From an uncultured Candidatus Saccharibacteria bacterium (GTDB lineage: Bacteria > Patescibacteriota > Saccharimonadia > Saccharimonadales > CAYLGV01), in contig CAYLGV010000001.1 in the NCBI GenBank assembly GCA_964383395.1, positions 4,031 through 68,030 on the forward strand: a DNA stretch of 64,000 nt, written 5' to 3'. Each line of letters starts with the position of its first letter. Within the stretch, counting starts at the first letter, position 1. The position numbers were made by a program, and so were the translations under genes. The notes under the pieces are model-generated. The model searched no databases. It was not told where the DNA came from and was given only the letters and a program-made list of their open reading frames with translations. Positions 5,935-14,635 of this stretch are shown in pieces.

Positions 5935-6925
5935 AAAACGAATTCTAACAGGTGATCGGCCAACAGGAAAACTGCACCTTGGGCACTATCTCGGTACATT
6001 AGAAAACCGGGTACGGCTTCAAGATGAGTATGAGACCTACATAATGGTGGCAGATGTTCAGGCACTGACAGACAACTTTGACAACCCTAAAAAGGTTCGT
6101 GAGAGTGTCTATGAGGTTGCACTTGATAACTTGGCTGTGGGGCTTGATCCTCAAAAGTCAGTTTTGTTTGTGCAGTCCCAGGTACCGGAACTGACTGAGT
6201 TAACGGTGTACTTCATGAACCTCATTAGTCTTGAGCGATTGCAACGCAACCCAACGGTTAAAGCAGAGATGAAGCAGAAAGGTTATGGTGGTAACGTTCC
6301 GGTAGGATTCGTGAACTATCCCCTGTCACAGACGGCTGATATCTTGGCCTTTAATGCTGATCTTGTTCCTGCTGGCAACGATCAGGCGCCTATGTTGGAA
6401 CTGAGTCGCGAGATTGTTGCGAAGTTTAAGAACATTTACGGCTATACCTTCCGGATGCCTGAGATTGTAGTCGGTCGAGTAGCCCGCCTGGTTGGTACTG
6501 ACGGCAATGCAAAGATGAGTAAGAGCCTCGGTAATGTGATCTACTTGTCAGATCCCGAGGAGGTTGTAACTAAGAAAGTAATGGCAATGTACACCGATCC
6601 AAGCCGAAAACATGCAACCGATCCAGGCAAAGTTGATGGCAACCCAGTCTTCATATACCTGGATGCTTTCGGTAAAGACATATCAATTATTGATGAGTTG
6701 AAGCAACGCTATGCTGCTGGCACGGTTGGTGATGTTGAGGTAAAACAGTACTTGGCAGCGGTTCTCAACGAGTTCCTGGGCCCTATTCGTGAACGACGCC
6801 ATTACTATGAAGCGCGACCCGAACTTGTTGCAGAAATTCTAAGAGAAGGAACGCTTAAGGCGAGAAGTACGGTAGCCAAGACAATGCAGGATGTTCACAG
6901 TGCAATGCAGCTCTATCAGTTTTAG
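5924..6925 (+). CDS. trpS: Tryptophanyl-tRNA synthetase
   Basis: 333 aa class I aaRS. HIGH-type motif KLHLGHYLG and KMSKS are present. Overlaps the trpA end by 11 nt. Confidence 0.92.
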   Translation: MTTKKRILTGDRPTGKLHLGHYLGTLENRVRLQDEYETYIMVADVQALTDNFDNPKKVRESVYEVALDNLAVGLDPQKSVLFVQSQVPELTELTVYFMNLISLERLQRNPTVKAEMKQKGYGGNVPVGFVNYPLSQTADILAFNADLVPAGNDQAPMLELSREIVAKFKNIYGYTFRMPEIVVGRVARLVGTDGNAKMSKSLGNVIYLSDPEEVVTKKVMAMYTDPSRKHATDPGKVDGNPVFIYLDAFGKDISIIDELKQRYAAGTVGDVEVKQYLAAVLNEFLGPIRERRHYYEARPELVAEILREGTLKARSTVAKTMQDVHSAMQLYQF

Positions 6926-6930
6926 ACAAG

Positions 6931-7008
6931 AGGGGTCCCGATTCACCCGCAAGGCTTGGAGCAGATCTACTCACACTAAAATCATCCGCAAGAAGTTATT
7001 ATCGCCCA
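6931..7008. repeat. Repeat M3, a degenerate and shorter copy of M1/M2
   Basis: CACCCGCAAGG...GATCT...CCGCAAGAAGTTATTATCGCCC aligns with ACCCGCAGGGTTCGATCT...CCGCAAGAAGTAATCATCCCTCC of M1, including an 11-nt exact CCGCAAGAAGT. Confidence 0.5.
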
Positions 7009-7024
7009 GCCACAACTCAACTAA

Positions 7025-7061
7025 TTGACCAAACACCCATTTAGTTGTATTGTAACCAAAT
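7025..7061 (+). promoter_or_regulatory. Promoter with a very short or absent leader for the 7062 ORF
   Basis: TTGACC, 17-nt spacer, TATTGT, then 8 nt to ATG. Confidence 0.45.
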
Positions 7062-7586
7062 ATGGCAGACGTGGAAAAATCACCGCTTGTGTTCCCCTTT
7101 GAAGCTCAATATGTTGACGCAGCACTTGCTATGGGCAGAGAGGATCAAGAACGGCTAAGAAAAGAAGAAGTTTCATGGTTACAGGAAAATAGTTCCTACC
7201 TCTACGCTCTCTTCTGTGGAGATTTTGCTAAGGTTATAGAGTTATCTGGCATAGATACAGGCAATGCATATTGGGCAGGTCGAGCCATGGGTAACCGGGC
7301 AATCCGACTCTTCTTGGATGATCACACCGAGCTTGACTATGAAGCGTTGGCGACACAGTATCGTGCAAATGTTGAAGTAGACAATAGGCGTCTAGGTGAT
7401 CGTGAGAATCCCACACGTGTAGTTCCCTGGAAGTCGCATGAGATCTTGACCGACTTGTTTGGTGACGAGAGAATTGCAGGAGCACTCACAAAAGTACGCC
7501 ATGAAACGGCACGCGAAACTGCTGCAATCACCATCGCCTTCTATTGTCTCTCGGATATCCCTGAATCTGCCTACGCTAACGTATAA
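7062..7586 (+). CDS. Hypothetical protein (174 aa)
   Basis: Long ORF with a promoter signal upstream. No recognisable motif. Confidence 0.6.
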   Translation: MADVEKSPLVFPFEAQYVDAALAMGREDQERLRKEEVSWLQENSSYLYALFCGDFAKVIELSGIDTGNAYWAGRAMGNRAIRLFLDDHTELDYEALATQYRANVEVDNRRLGDRENPTRVVPWKSHEILTDLFGDERIAGALTKVRHETARETAAITIAFYCLSDIPESAYANV

Positions 7587-7596
7587 TGTGAGCGAA

Positions 7597-8118
7597 ATGC
7601 CTGCTCCAATCTACACAATCAACCTCCCACAATATCAGGTAGAAACTGAACCTGACGATGAAGCAATTGGTGCTGTTATTGATGCAGAAATTAAAAAGCA
7701 CTTTTTGGGTAAATCAATTCTGATAAGAGGTGTGGCTTCAAGCGAACATCCCACCAAGACACGGGACGAGCTAGTAGAAATAATTACTAGTAATGGGACA
7801 GATCGATATGATCCGAATCGTGCCGGTGATCGTTATGAAAATGTTGAAGGCAAGCAGATTGATCTATTTGCTTTTCACTACAAAGTAGAAGCCGCAACTA
7901 AGCTTACGCAACCGCTCATTTGGGGTTTTTATCACAGCTCTCTTGGTATTCATGGTAAGCCGATGAGAATCGATGTCATCACTATCTACGATGTCGAACA
8001 AATGAACCAAATTACTCACCGTTACGAAGGCCGCGATGATGTTAAAGATGATGGCTTCACTTTCAGGTATCCCCAGAATAAGCTCGATGCTTTACAGGCA
8101 GTATTTGTACTCAACTAA
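7597..8118 (+). CDS. Hypothetical protein (173 aa)
   Basis: The track ORF begins at 7459 and overlaps the previous gene. ATG 7597 (MPAPIYTINLP...) is in the same frame and lies just after the upstream stop. Confidence 0.55.
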   Translation: MPAPIYTINLPQYQVETEPDDEAIGAVIDAEIKKHFLGKSILIRGVASSEHPTKTRDELVEIITSNGTDRYDPNRAGDRYENVEGKQIDLFAFHYKVEAATKLTQPLIWGFYHSSLGIHGKPMRIDVITIYDVEQMNQITHRYEGRDDVKDDGFTFRYPQNKLDALQAVFVLN

Positions 8119-8132
8119 CTATTCAGAGAAAA

Positions 8133-8834
8133 CTATTTCCTCAACTGATATACTTCGCCTGTTGCAACTACGTTATGTTTGTTAATGAGTGCCTTCAGTA
8201 GCTTAATAATAGCAGCCGTCTTCTGTGTCCCAACTGCCTCATTTGCTTCAATATAGAGGTTTGCCCAGTGGTTATCAATTGTTTGTAGATTAGCTTCAAC
8301 TTGTCTCGGTTTTGCCATCCAGCGTTGCTTTAATTTATAAAAACTCTCAATGGCGGTCACCAGAGCTCCATTTTGAAGATAGTAGCCAGGGACAGAAAGC
8401 TCTCCGAGTGACTCTAGATCGTCAATAAGAGTGCGTATAACATATCCAAGTATTGCAAGGGCCTCATCATCAAGCTTTGGAGGCCCAGCTGTATATATTT
8501 GCTGTGCTTTAGATTGGACGTCAGCTAAGCGCCCATGTGAGTCAAACACGATAGTTCCTGTAGCGAGCATATTCAATGCTGGATTTGAAATCTTTGAGGT
8601 GACAAGTTCATTCTCGTTAATGCTTGCGAGCGTATTGCAAAATGTCTCAATATGAGTGTTCCCATGTATCCAGGTTCTTCGGAATGATTTTGACTCATTG
8701 CTTAGTAATACATAGAAATCCCAGTCGCTTGTGGTTGTTGCAGAACCTTGTTGGCGGCTACCGGTATACAAAATACCATCACAGCCTTCGATTGCCTTCA
8801 CTTTATTGAGAATATCGTTTGGAATGTCTTGCAT
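8133..8834 (-). CDS. Nucleotidyltransferase-fold protein (KNTase/ANT-like architecture)
   Basis: GSRQQGSATTTSDWDFYVLL fits the GS...DxD minimal NTase motif, followed by a helical C-terminal domain. The start is set at the internal Met (MQDIPNDIL). Confidence 0.55.
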   Translation of the reverse strand: MQDIPNDILNKVKAIEGCDGILYTGSRQQGSATTTSDWDFYVLLSNESKSFRRTWIHGNTHIETFCNTLASINENELVTSKISNPALNMLATGTIVFDSHGRLADVQSKAQQIYTAGPPKLDDEALAILGYVIRTLIDDLESLGELSVPGYYLQNGALVTAIESFYKLKQRWMAKPRQVEANLQTIDNHWANLYIEANEAVGTQKTAAIIKLLKALINKHNVVATGEVYQLRK

Positions 8835-8978
8835 AACGTCATTGTAACAGATCGAAGTCTGTTCCTCTGAAGGGACAATTAAGGCAGCCAGGGTGGGTTT
8901 GTGATCACGGACCAGGCCGATGATAAGTATCAAAAACGATGGCTACGAAAGACAGATGATGTACATGTAATTGAGTAT

Positions 8979-9860
8979 CTAGCGACTGTAAGGTTCGATT
9001 TCGGCTTGAGCACCTGCTCGAGTGATCTTACCCTGCTCGTCAATCCTAGAAATTAACTCACTTGCCTTGCCCATGTCGCCTTTTATAGCGGCATTTTCGG
9101 CACGGTACTGTAGCCAATAATCAACTTCATCGTGAGCCGTGACTTTTGTGGTTTTGCCCTCATCGTCTATTGTTTCAACAAGTACTAAAGCTTCGTCAAA
9201 GTCGCTTTTTTCTGCTTTAGATTTGGCACCATAACTAACCCAATACTCAACTTCGTCGCGTGCAGCAACCGTTTCTTCTTCAGTTGCACCTGCTAGGTGG
9301 TCAACGATGTCGTAAGCGGCACCGAAATCTTTCTCGTCCTTTGCCAAGTTTTCTGCGGTAAAAGCTTGCCAGTATCGCGCATCACTGCCGTAGGCTGCTT
9401 TAGTTTGAGGGTTTGAAATAGAGTTCAACAATGTATTTGAAGTGGAGATTTCACCGGCAAAGGCAGCACATGTAGCCTTTAAGCCTGCCTGAGCACCCTC
9501 TGGATCAGCGAGAAATTCATCAGGATGTACTAGAATGCCCTTTTCGGTGTCAGTGCCTATCTGGCGTTTGATGCTCTCATATTGGAGCTTGGCGCCTGCA
9601 AGATCGTTGTTAATAGCAAGCTTTTGGGCGTAGTCTTCAGCATCTGCTAGTTTCTCGGCTTCAGTTTTAGGTTGGGTCGTAGTTGATGGATCGTAGATGA
9701 GACCTAGATCACCCACTAGCATGCCACAATCTTTTGAGGTAATGTCTTCGGGAGCTATGGTGTCACGGGCATGCATTGGGGCTTGCTCGCCAATGCCACA
9801 GGCCGAACCACCTACCAAAATTGCACCTGTCATAGCTAAACCACGTAATACGTTTCCCAT
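8979..9860 (-). CDS. Lipoprotein with degenerate ~40-aa repeats
   Basis: MGNVLRGLAMTGAILVGGSAC forms a lipobox. The C-terminal half repeats DEVEYWVSYGAK... and DEVDYWLQYRAEN... Confidence 0.6.
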   Translation of the reverse strand: MGNVLRGLAMTGAILVGGSACGIGEQAPMHARDTIAPEDITSKDCGMLVGDLGLIYDPSTTTQPKTEAEKLADAEDYAQKLAINNDLAGAKLQYESIKRQIGTDTEKGILVHPDEFLADPEGAQAGLKATCAAFAGEISTSNTLLNSISNPQTKAAYGSDARYWQAFTAENLAKDEKDFGAAYDIVDHLAGATEEETVAARDEVEYWVSYGAKSKAEKSDFDEALVLVETIDDEGKTTKVTAHDEVDYWLQYRAENAAIKGDMGKASELISRIDEQGKITRAGAQAEIEPYSR

Positions 9861-9947
9861 ACATCTCCCAAAAACCTTAATTATTCGATATATTATACAT
9901 TTATTACAACAAAAAGTCAACTATATCCTGATCGCAGCGTAGTCTTA

Positions 9948-10613
9948 CTACTCATCAAGCATACGAATATACTTCAAAACCCGCTTCGGTCTTAGGATCG
10001 TCTCATCGACAACTGTTCCAGCATGGGCGAAGTGTTTCGGTTCAATAAGGATAAACTTCTTATGTTTCTTGGCTTCCTCGCGAACATCCTCGACATCAAC
10101 CAGCTGATCTTTGAGGGGAAAAACCATGACCATTGACGCGTGATCAAGCGAGCCTGGATTGCTATACATATTCACTGGCTTCCAGATTTCTGCCAATTCA
10201 TCATAGCTCTGGGGCCACTGTTCTTTCGTAGAAAGCCGCAAGACAGCTTTGACGATATCTCCACCAGTTATAAACACTGCCCTATTGAACCGCGTATCTC
10301 GCCGTACTATGTTTAACGCAATGAGGCCGCCAAGGCTAAATCCAATAACAAGCACAGGTTGATTTACTCCTTCCTGATATGCGACTGCTAAGTTATAAAC
10401 CTCGTCTATAAGTCCAGGCAACATTGAGGGGTCCCCGGTCGAGAGCGTCTCAGCAGTATGATCAACGACTTTTACGGCGTAGCCGTCACGCATAAGTGTG
10501 CGTATCAAGCGTTTTGTTTGCCAAACCTTGCCGCCATGACCACAGATAACCAGCACATACTTAGGATTAGGCTTATCGAAACCATAGTCTTTCACGGTTG
10601 TTACGTATTTCAT
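9948..10613 (-). CDS. Alpha/beta hydrolase
   Basis: GFSLGG nucleophile elbow. The 221-aa size and motif order are typical. Confidence 0.6.
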   Translation of the reverse strand: MKYVTTVKDYGFDKPNPKYVLVICGHGGKVWQTKRLIRTLMRDGYAVKVVDHTAETLSTGDPSMLPGLIDEVYNLAVAYQEGVNQPVLVIGFSLGGLIALNIVRRDTRFNRAVFITGGDIVKAVLRLSTKEQWPQSYDELAEIWKPVNMYSNPGSLDHASMVMVFPLKDQLVDVEDVREEAKKHKKFILIEPKHFAHAGTVVDETILRPKRVLKYIRMLDE

Positions 10614-10698
10614 TAGAGAGAAGTATACCCCATCCCCTCAAGTGCTTGTGCTTGCCTTTTTATAACAGAGGCGTATAAGTAAAGTAAAAGGAGATGTT

Positions 10699-11421
10699 AT
10701 GCCTGGATTATCACATGAACAATATGATGAAAAAGTTATGGGCTTGGCGGCAACCTACGAAGCGCTGAGTGGTTTAGATTTAATGCCTGAGGCTTTGACG
10801 GGTGGCGAGGTTGATAACAGCGTAATATACGGCTACTACGGGAAAATTTACGAGACCGACACCTTTCATCATGACTTGACGCGTGGTGTTCGTGCAGGGC
10901 TGGATAAACTGAAGTTTGATGTAGGCTGCTGGGGTCGTTTTGCACACGACAGCAGTACATTTATTGACGAGGCCGACGAAGATAAAAGACTTGAAATGTC
11001 AGGAATTCTAGCAATGATGACTGCTCCTCGTGATCAAGAACAGTTCGACTCCTTAGCTCTGCAAATATTTGAACTTTTTGACAAAGTGACTAAGGGCGAA
11101 CCAGTTGTTGTTGAGCGTCCTGGAAAAAAACGCTTCATTGATGGTGACTGGCGACCAGATGTCCAGCAAGTGGGTGAACACAACGGTAAGCTTCAAGTCA
11201 TCTTTGATAACGGTCATGTCGCCGATAGAGCAATCAGTATTTGGTCGGATCGCCCAGAAAGAATTCACTCCGAAGAACCGAACGCTCGAGGCGGCCATCC
11301 CCAGGTGGTTTTCCCATTGCTTGTCGTAGATCTCGAAGCTTTGGCTCTCGGTGCTGTTAGGATTTCTTACCCAGACCACCTGCCCCAAGCTACAGAGCCA
11401 GAAGCTCAGCCTGTTTCTTAG
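10699..11421 (+). CDS. Hypothetical protein (240 aa)
   Basis: AAGGAG ribosome-binding site upstream. No family recognised. Confidence 0.6.
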   Translation: MPGLSHEQYDEKVMGLAATYEALSGLDLMPEALTGGEVDNSVIYGYYGKIYETDTFHHDLTRGVRAGLDKLKFDVGCWGRFAHDSSTFIDEADEDKRLEMSGILAMMTAPRDQEQFDSLALQIFELFDKVTKGEPVVVERPGKKRFIDGDWRPDVQQVGEHNGKLQVIFDNGHVADRAISIWSDRPERIHSEEPNARGGHPQVVFPLLVVDLEALALGAVRISYPDHLPQATEPEAQPVS

Positions 11422-11481
11422 TAAGCTATCTTTTCAGATGTGATTACTCTCAGATCGAGTTAAGAGCGTTATACTATAGCT

Positions 11482-12150
11482 ATGCTTGATCACCACCTAC
11501 AACGTGCCATTGTCTACCGATTAGCGTTATCCCATGAGCTACGCTTCAGTGAACTTAAGCCCGACACGGTCGACAACAAGTTATTTACCTATCACCTTCA
11601 CAAAGTTGAGTCGGCAGGCTATGTTCATAAAAATGAGGCTGGTCTCTATTCCCTGACTCCTGAGGGTCGTCGGCTTGGTATACGCGTACTCTACAACCAA
11701 GGTGCCTTTCAGGATCAGGCTGACTCAGTCCTGTTTTTGGTAATTCGCCGTAAATCAGATGGTGCCTGGCTGCTTTACAAGCGCAGTGCTCATCCATTGA
11801 TTGATCGTGTGGGCTTTATGCATGCCCCACCTTGGTCAAACCAGACAACCTCTGAAGCGGCACAAACCTATTGCAAACGTGTTACGGGCCTAGACGGTGA
11901 GTTCACGCCTCTGGGCGGTGGATACTTTCGGGTTTATAGCGACGAAAACATCGAGAGTTTTACGCATTTTACTCTTATGGTGTGTGAAGACATAACGGGC
12001 GAGCTTGATCAAAGTGACAAGCACGCCGGTTATTTCTGGAGTACTGAGCCAGACTTTTCGGCTAAGGAAATGATTCCTAACTCTCAGATCTTAGCTGATC
12101 TATATCTGGCTGGTAAGCCCTTCTTTATTGAGCAAACTTTTAATCTTTAA
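11482..12150 (+). CDS. Winged-helix DNA-binding protein with a degenerate NUDIX-like C-terminal domain
   Basis: The N-terminus ...RFSELKPDTVDNKLFTYHLHKVESAGYVHK is wHTH-like. TATACT lies 6 nt before the ATG. Confidence 0.45.
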   Translation: MLDHHLQRAIVYRLALSHELRFSELKPDTVDNKLFTYHLHKVESAGYVHKNEAGLYSLTPEGRRLGIRVLYNQGAFQDQADSVLFLVIRRKSDGAWLLYKRSAHPLIDRVGFMHAPPWSNQTTSEAAQTYCKRVTGLDGEFTPLGGGYFRVYSDENIESFTHFTLMVCEDITGELDQSDKHAGYFWSTEPDFSAKEMIPNSQILADLYLAGKPFFIEQTFNL

Positions 12151-12908
12151 GCAGCGAGTTGTAGGTCAACTGCTGTTTCGTAAGCCCTTACGGCATCAGT
12201 CGGTGCTTCGCGGCGCCAAAATACTGATAGATGACTATCTGGGTCGGCTAGCTGGGCAATTGATGGTGGTAAGCCAATAGTATCACCCAGGGTTCGAGCA
12301 TCGTTGAGCGCTCTTAGACTATGTTCTCGCACCAGTATCTGTGTATCCACACTGCTTAACGGTTGCTCAATCAACTTATCACCGAGGTCAACACAGGCTA
12401 ATGTAAGTGAAGCTTTCCCGATTTTACGTCCAAGGGTTCGCTTATGCCTTTCTACTCGCGGAGAATATGTTTCTATAGCATTCTTTAGCTGTTCGGCAGT
12501 AGCTCTGGCATCTCCGAATCTAAACGCTGCTTCGTCGAGAATATCGCTTGAACATTCCTGATAGGCGGGGTTTTGGATTGCAAGATACGGCAGCTTGAGG
12601 CGGCGGCGCATCACTTCAAACTCGGCGCCACGAGCAAACCCATACCATGCAGAGTTTAGGCCGCTGGCGGCAATAATCCGTGATGAGAAGCCGACACCCT
12701 CTGGTTCTTTCACGAACCTCAGAATGGTTGAGGCGACGGCTAGGCCGCGCTCTTGGTGTTCTGCAAGCAGGACGCCTTGTGGTAATTGGCGGCGGCGTTC
12801 TATTTCCTCCTCATCACGCGCTTTTGCCGGCACAAAGTGTCGTCCATCCAGATGCTTAGTTGGTAAATCGAAATCCTTGTATATGCGTTCTTTTTCCATG
12901 CTAGGCAT
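12147..12908 (-). CDS. Hypothetical protein (253 aa)
   Basis: Long ORF, with a 4-nt convergent overlap with the preceding plus-strand gene. Confidence 0.55.
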   Translation of the reverse strand: MPSMEKERIYKDFDLPTKHLDGRHFVPAKARDEEEIERRRQLPQGVLLAEHQERGLAVASTILRFVKEPEGVGFSSRIIAASGLNSAWYGFARGAEFEVMRRRLKLPYLAIQNPAYQECSSDILDEAAFRFGDARATAEQLKNAIETYSPRVERHKRTLGRKIGKASLTLACVDLGDKLIEQPLSSVDTQILVREHSLRALNDARTLGDTIGLPPSIAQLADPDSHLSVFWRREAPTDAVRAYETAVDLQLAA

Positions 12909-12968
12909 TCTGGGCCAGACCTAGCATGATTGCAGTGAAGACATTTTCACTCACCTATGCGGCGTAGG

Positions 12969-14288
12969 TTATGGATGTATGACGACTTGGGGCAGCTCGG
13001 CGAGGTTCGTAGTGTAGCGCGGACTACGCTGGTTATAAATGGGGCGCCATTGCTGCCCCAGGGCTTGGGTAGCAAAACGGATAGTGTGTTTGCCATAGGT
13101 TTCGTTAAGTGTATCTATGCTGACCATGCGGGCTCGGGCTCGGTCGTGGTCTTTCGGGTTGGCTTCGTTTAAGAGATCGAGCTGCAGATCGCCGGCTGGC
13201 AGAAAGTCGTATAGCATGACACCAGCACGGTGGTAGGACTGGTTGGGGTGGTAGAGCTGATTAAGCTCCTTTACCAAGGTGTGAATAAGATGGCCTGTAT
13301 CGGCCGTCGGAACACGGTAGGTAATTTCTTTGAACCACCGTCGGTAGCCTGGCTTGAATCGGTTATTGGTTAAAAATAGGGCTGCTCGTTTAGTTACCTG
13401 TCCACTGGTGCGCAGTCGAAAGGCGGCTTGGGTGGCAAAGGTGGCGATAGCGGCTTCCAGAGAGTCAAGATCGTTGGTATCGTGCCCAAAGGTGCGAGTG
13501 CGAGCGATACTTTTACGTATCTTCCCTTCACGATCGAGCGGATAGCAGGATAAGCCGTTCAACTCAGCTATTAGTTGTCGGCCACGGATACCCATGAGCT
13601 GCTGGGCATGTTTAGGCTGCAACTGGGCAAGCTGTTGGGCATTTGTGATGCCTTCGGCGCGCATTTTGGGCGCAAAGCGCCAGCCAATCCCCCATACGTC
13701 TTGAACGGGGACTGCCTCTAGGTGATGACGAGTGACCTGAGCTGACTCACTATAAAGGTTTAATACGCCCCCAAGTTCGGGGTCTTTTTTGGCTCGCTCA
13801 CTAGCTAACTTGGCCAATGTTTTGGTAGGCGCGATGCCAATTGAAACAGGTATACCAACCCATTTCCAAACAGCTTCACGTACTTGCTCTCCCCAGGCGG
13901 CATAGTCTTCGATGCGGAGTTCCTGTAAATCTAGGAATGATTCGTCTACAGAGTAGACCTCAATTCGTGGTGTTACGGATGTGAGTAGTTCGGTGATGCG
14001 GCGTGAAATGTCTCCGTAGAGGTCAAAATTGGCGCTAAACTGCACAACGCCGTGTTGCTTGAAAATCTCACGGTACTTGAAGGCTGGAGCGCCCATAGGT
14101 ACACCAAGCGCTTTAACTTCATTACTGCGGGCGACTGCACAGCCGTCATTGCTGCTTAATACGACCACAGGGGTTGTTAGTAGGTCTGGCCGGAAAACGC
14201 GCTCACAGCTTACGAAGAAGTTATTGCAGTCAATGAGCGCAAAAATCGGTGGTCTTTTTGCAGCTGAGTCATTGGAATTCGTTGACAC
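12969..14288 (-). CDS. umuC: Y-family translesion DNA polymerase (UmuC-like)
   Basis: IFALIDCNNFFVSCERVFRPDL...VVVLSSNDGCAVARSNEVKALGV and YSVDESFLDL retain the catalytic acidic residues. Confidence 0.88.
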   Translation of the reverse strand: MSTNSNDSAAKRPPIFALIDCNNFFVSCERVFRPDLLTTPVVVLSSNDGCAVARSNEVKALGVPMGAPAFKYREIFKQHGVVQFSANFDLYGDISRRITELLTSVTPRIEVYSVDESFLDLQELRIEDYAAWGEQVREAVWKWVGIPVSIGIAPTKTLAKLASERAKKDPELGGVLNLYSESAQVTRHHLEAVPVQDVWGIGWRFAPKMRAEGITNAQQLAQLQPKHAQQLMGIRGRQLIAELNGLSCYPLDREGKIRKSIARTRTFGHDTNDLDSLEAAIATFATQAAFRLRTSGQVTKRAALFLTNNRFKPGYRRWFKEITYRVPTADTGHLIHTLVKELNQLYHPNQSYHRAGVMLYDFLPAGDLQLDLLNEANPKDHDRARARMVSIDTLNETYGKHTIRFATQALGQQWRPIYNQRSPRYTTNLAELPQVVIHP

Positions 14289-14290
14289 CG

Positions 14291-14635
14291 CTAGCTCGCG
14301 GCACCTTCTCGATACTGGTGGATGGTTGCTGTAACGCTCCCCCAGACTTCGGCATGCTCGGGGATCTTATGTTTCGGTGAGAGTGCAAACTGGCCATCTT
14401 TAACCCAGACTGCGGGGTCGTTACCACACGGGGAGAGCGCACGGTCCACCAGTAGCATATCGCCAGCAAAGATTCCCTGTTTACTCCACTCATTGCCAGC
14501 GATCCGCATCATATAGGTGCTGGTAGTATGTTGAATAAGTAACTGATTTAAATCGATTCCTTGTAGTGAGCTATCAGTGGCTGGGTTGGGGAAGCCATCG
14601 TGCACCGATACTCCGCTAGGGTTGTTGTAATACAT
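14291..14635 (-). CDS. umuD: UmuD'-like protein lacking the Ser-Lys dyad
   Basis: [28 protein letters not shown] aligns with E. coli UmuD [28 protein letters not shown]. GDSM is replaced by GNEW and the K97 position by Ser. Confidence 0.75.
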   Translation of the reverse strand: [114 protein letters not shown]

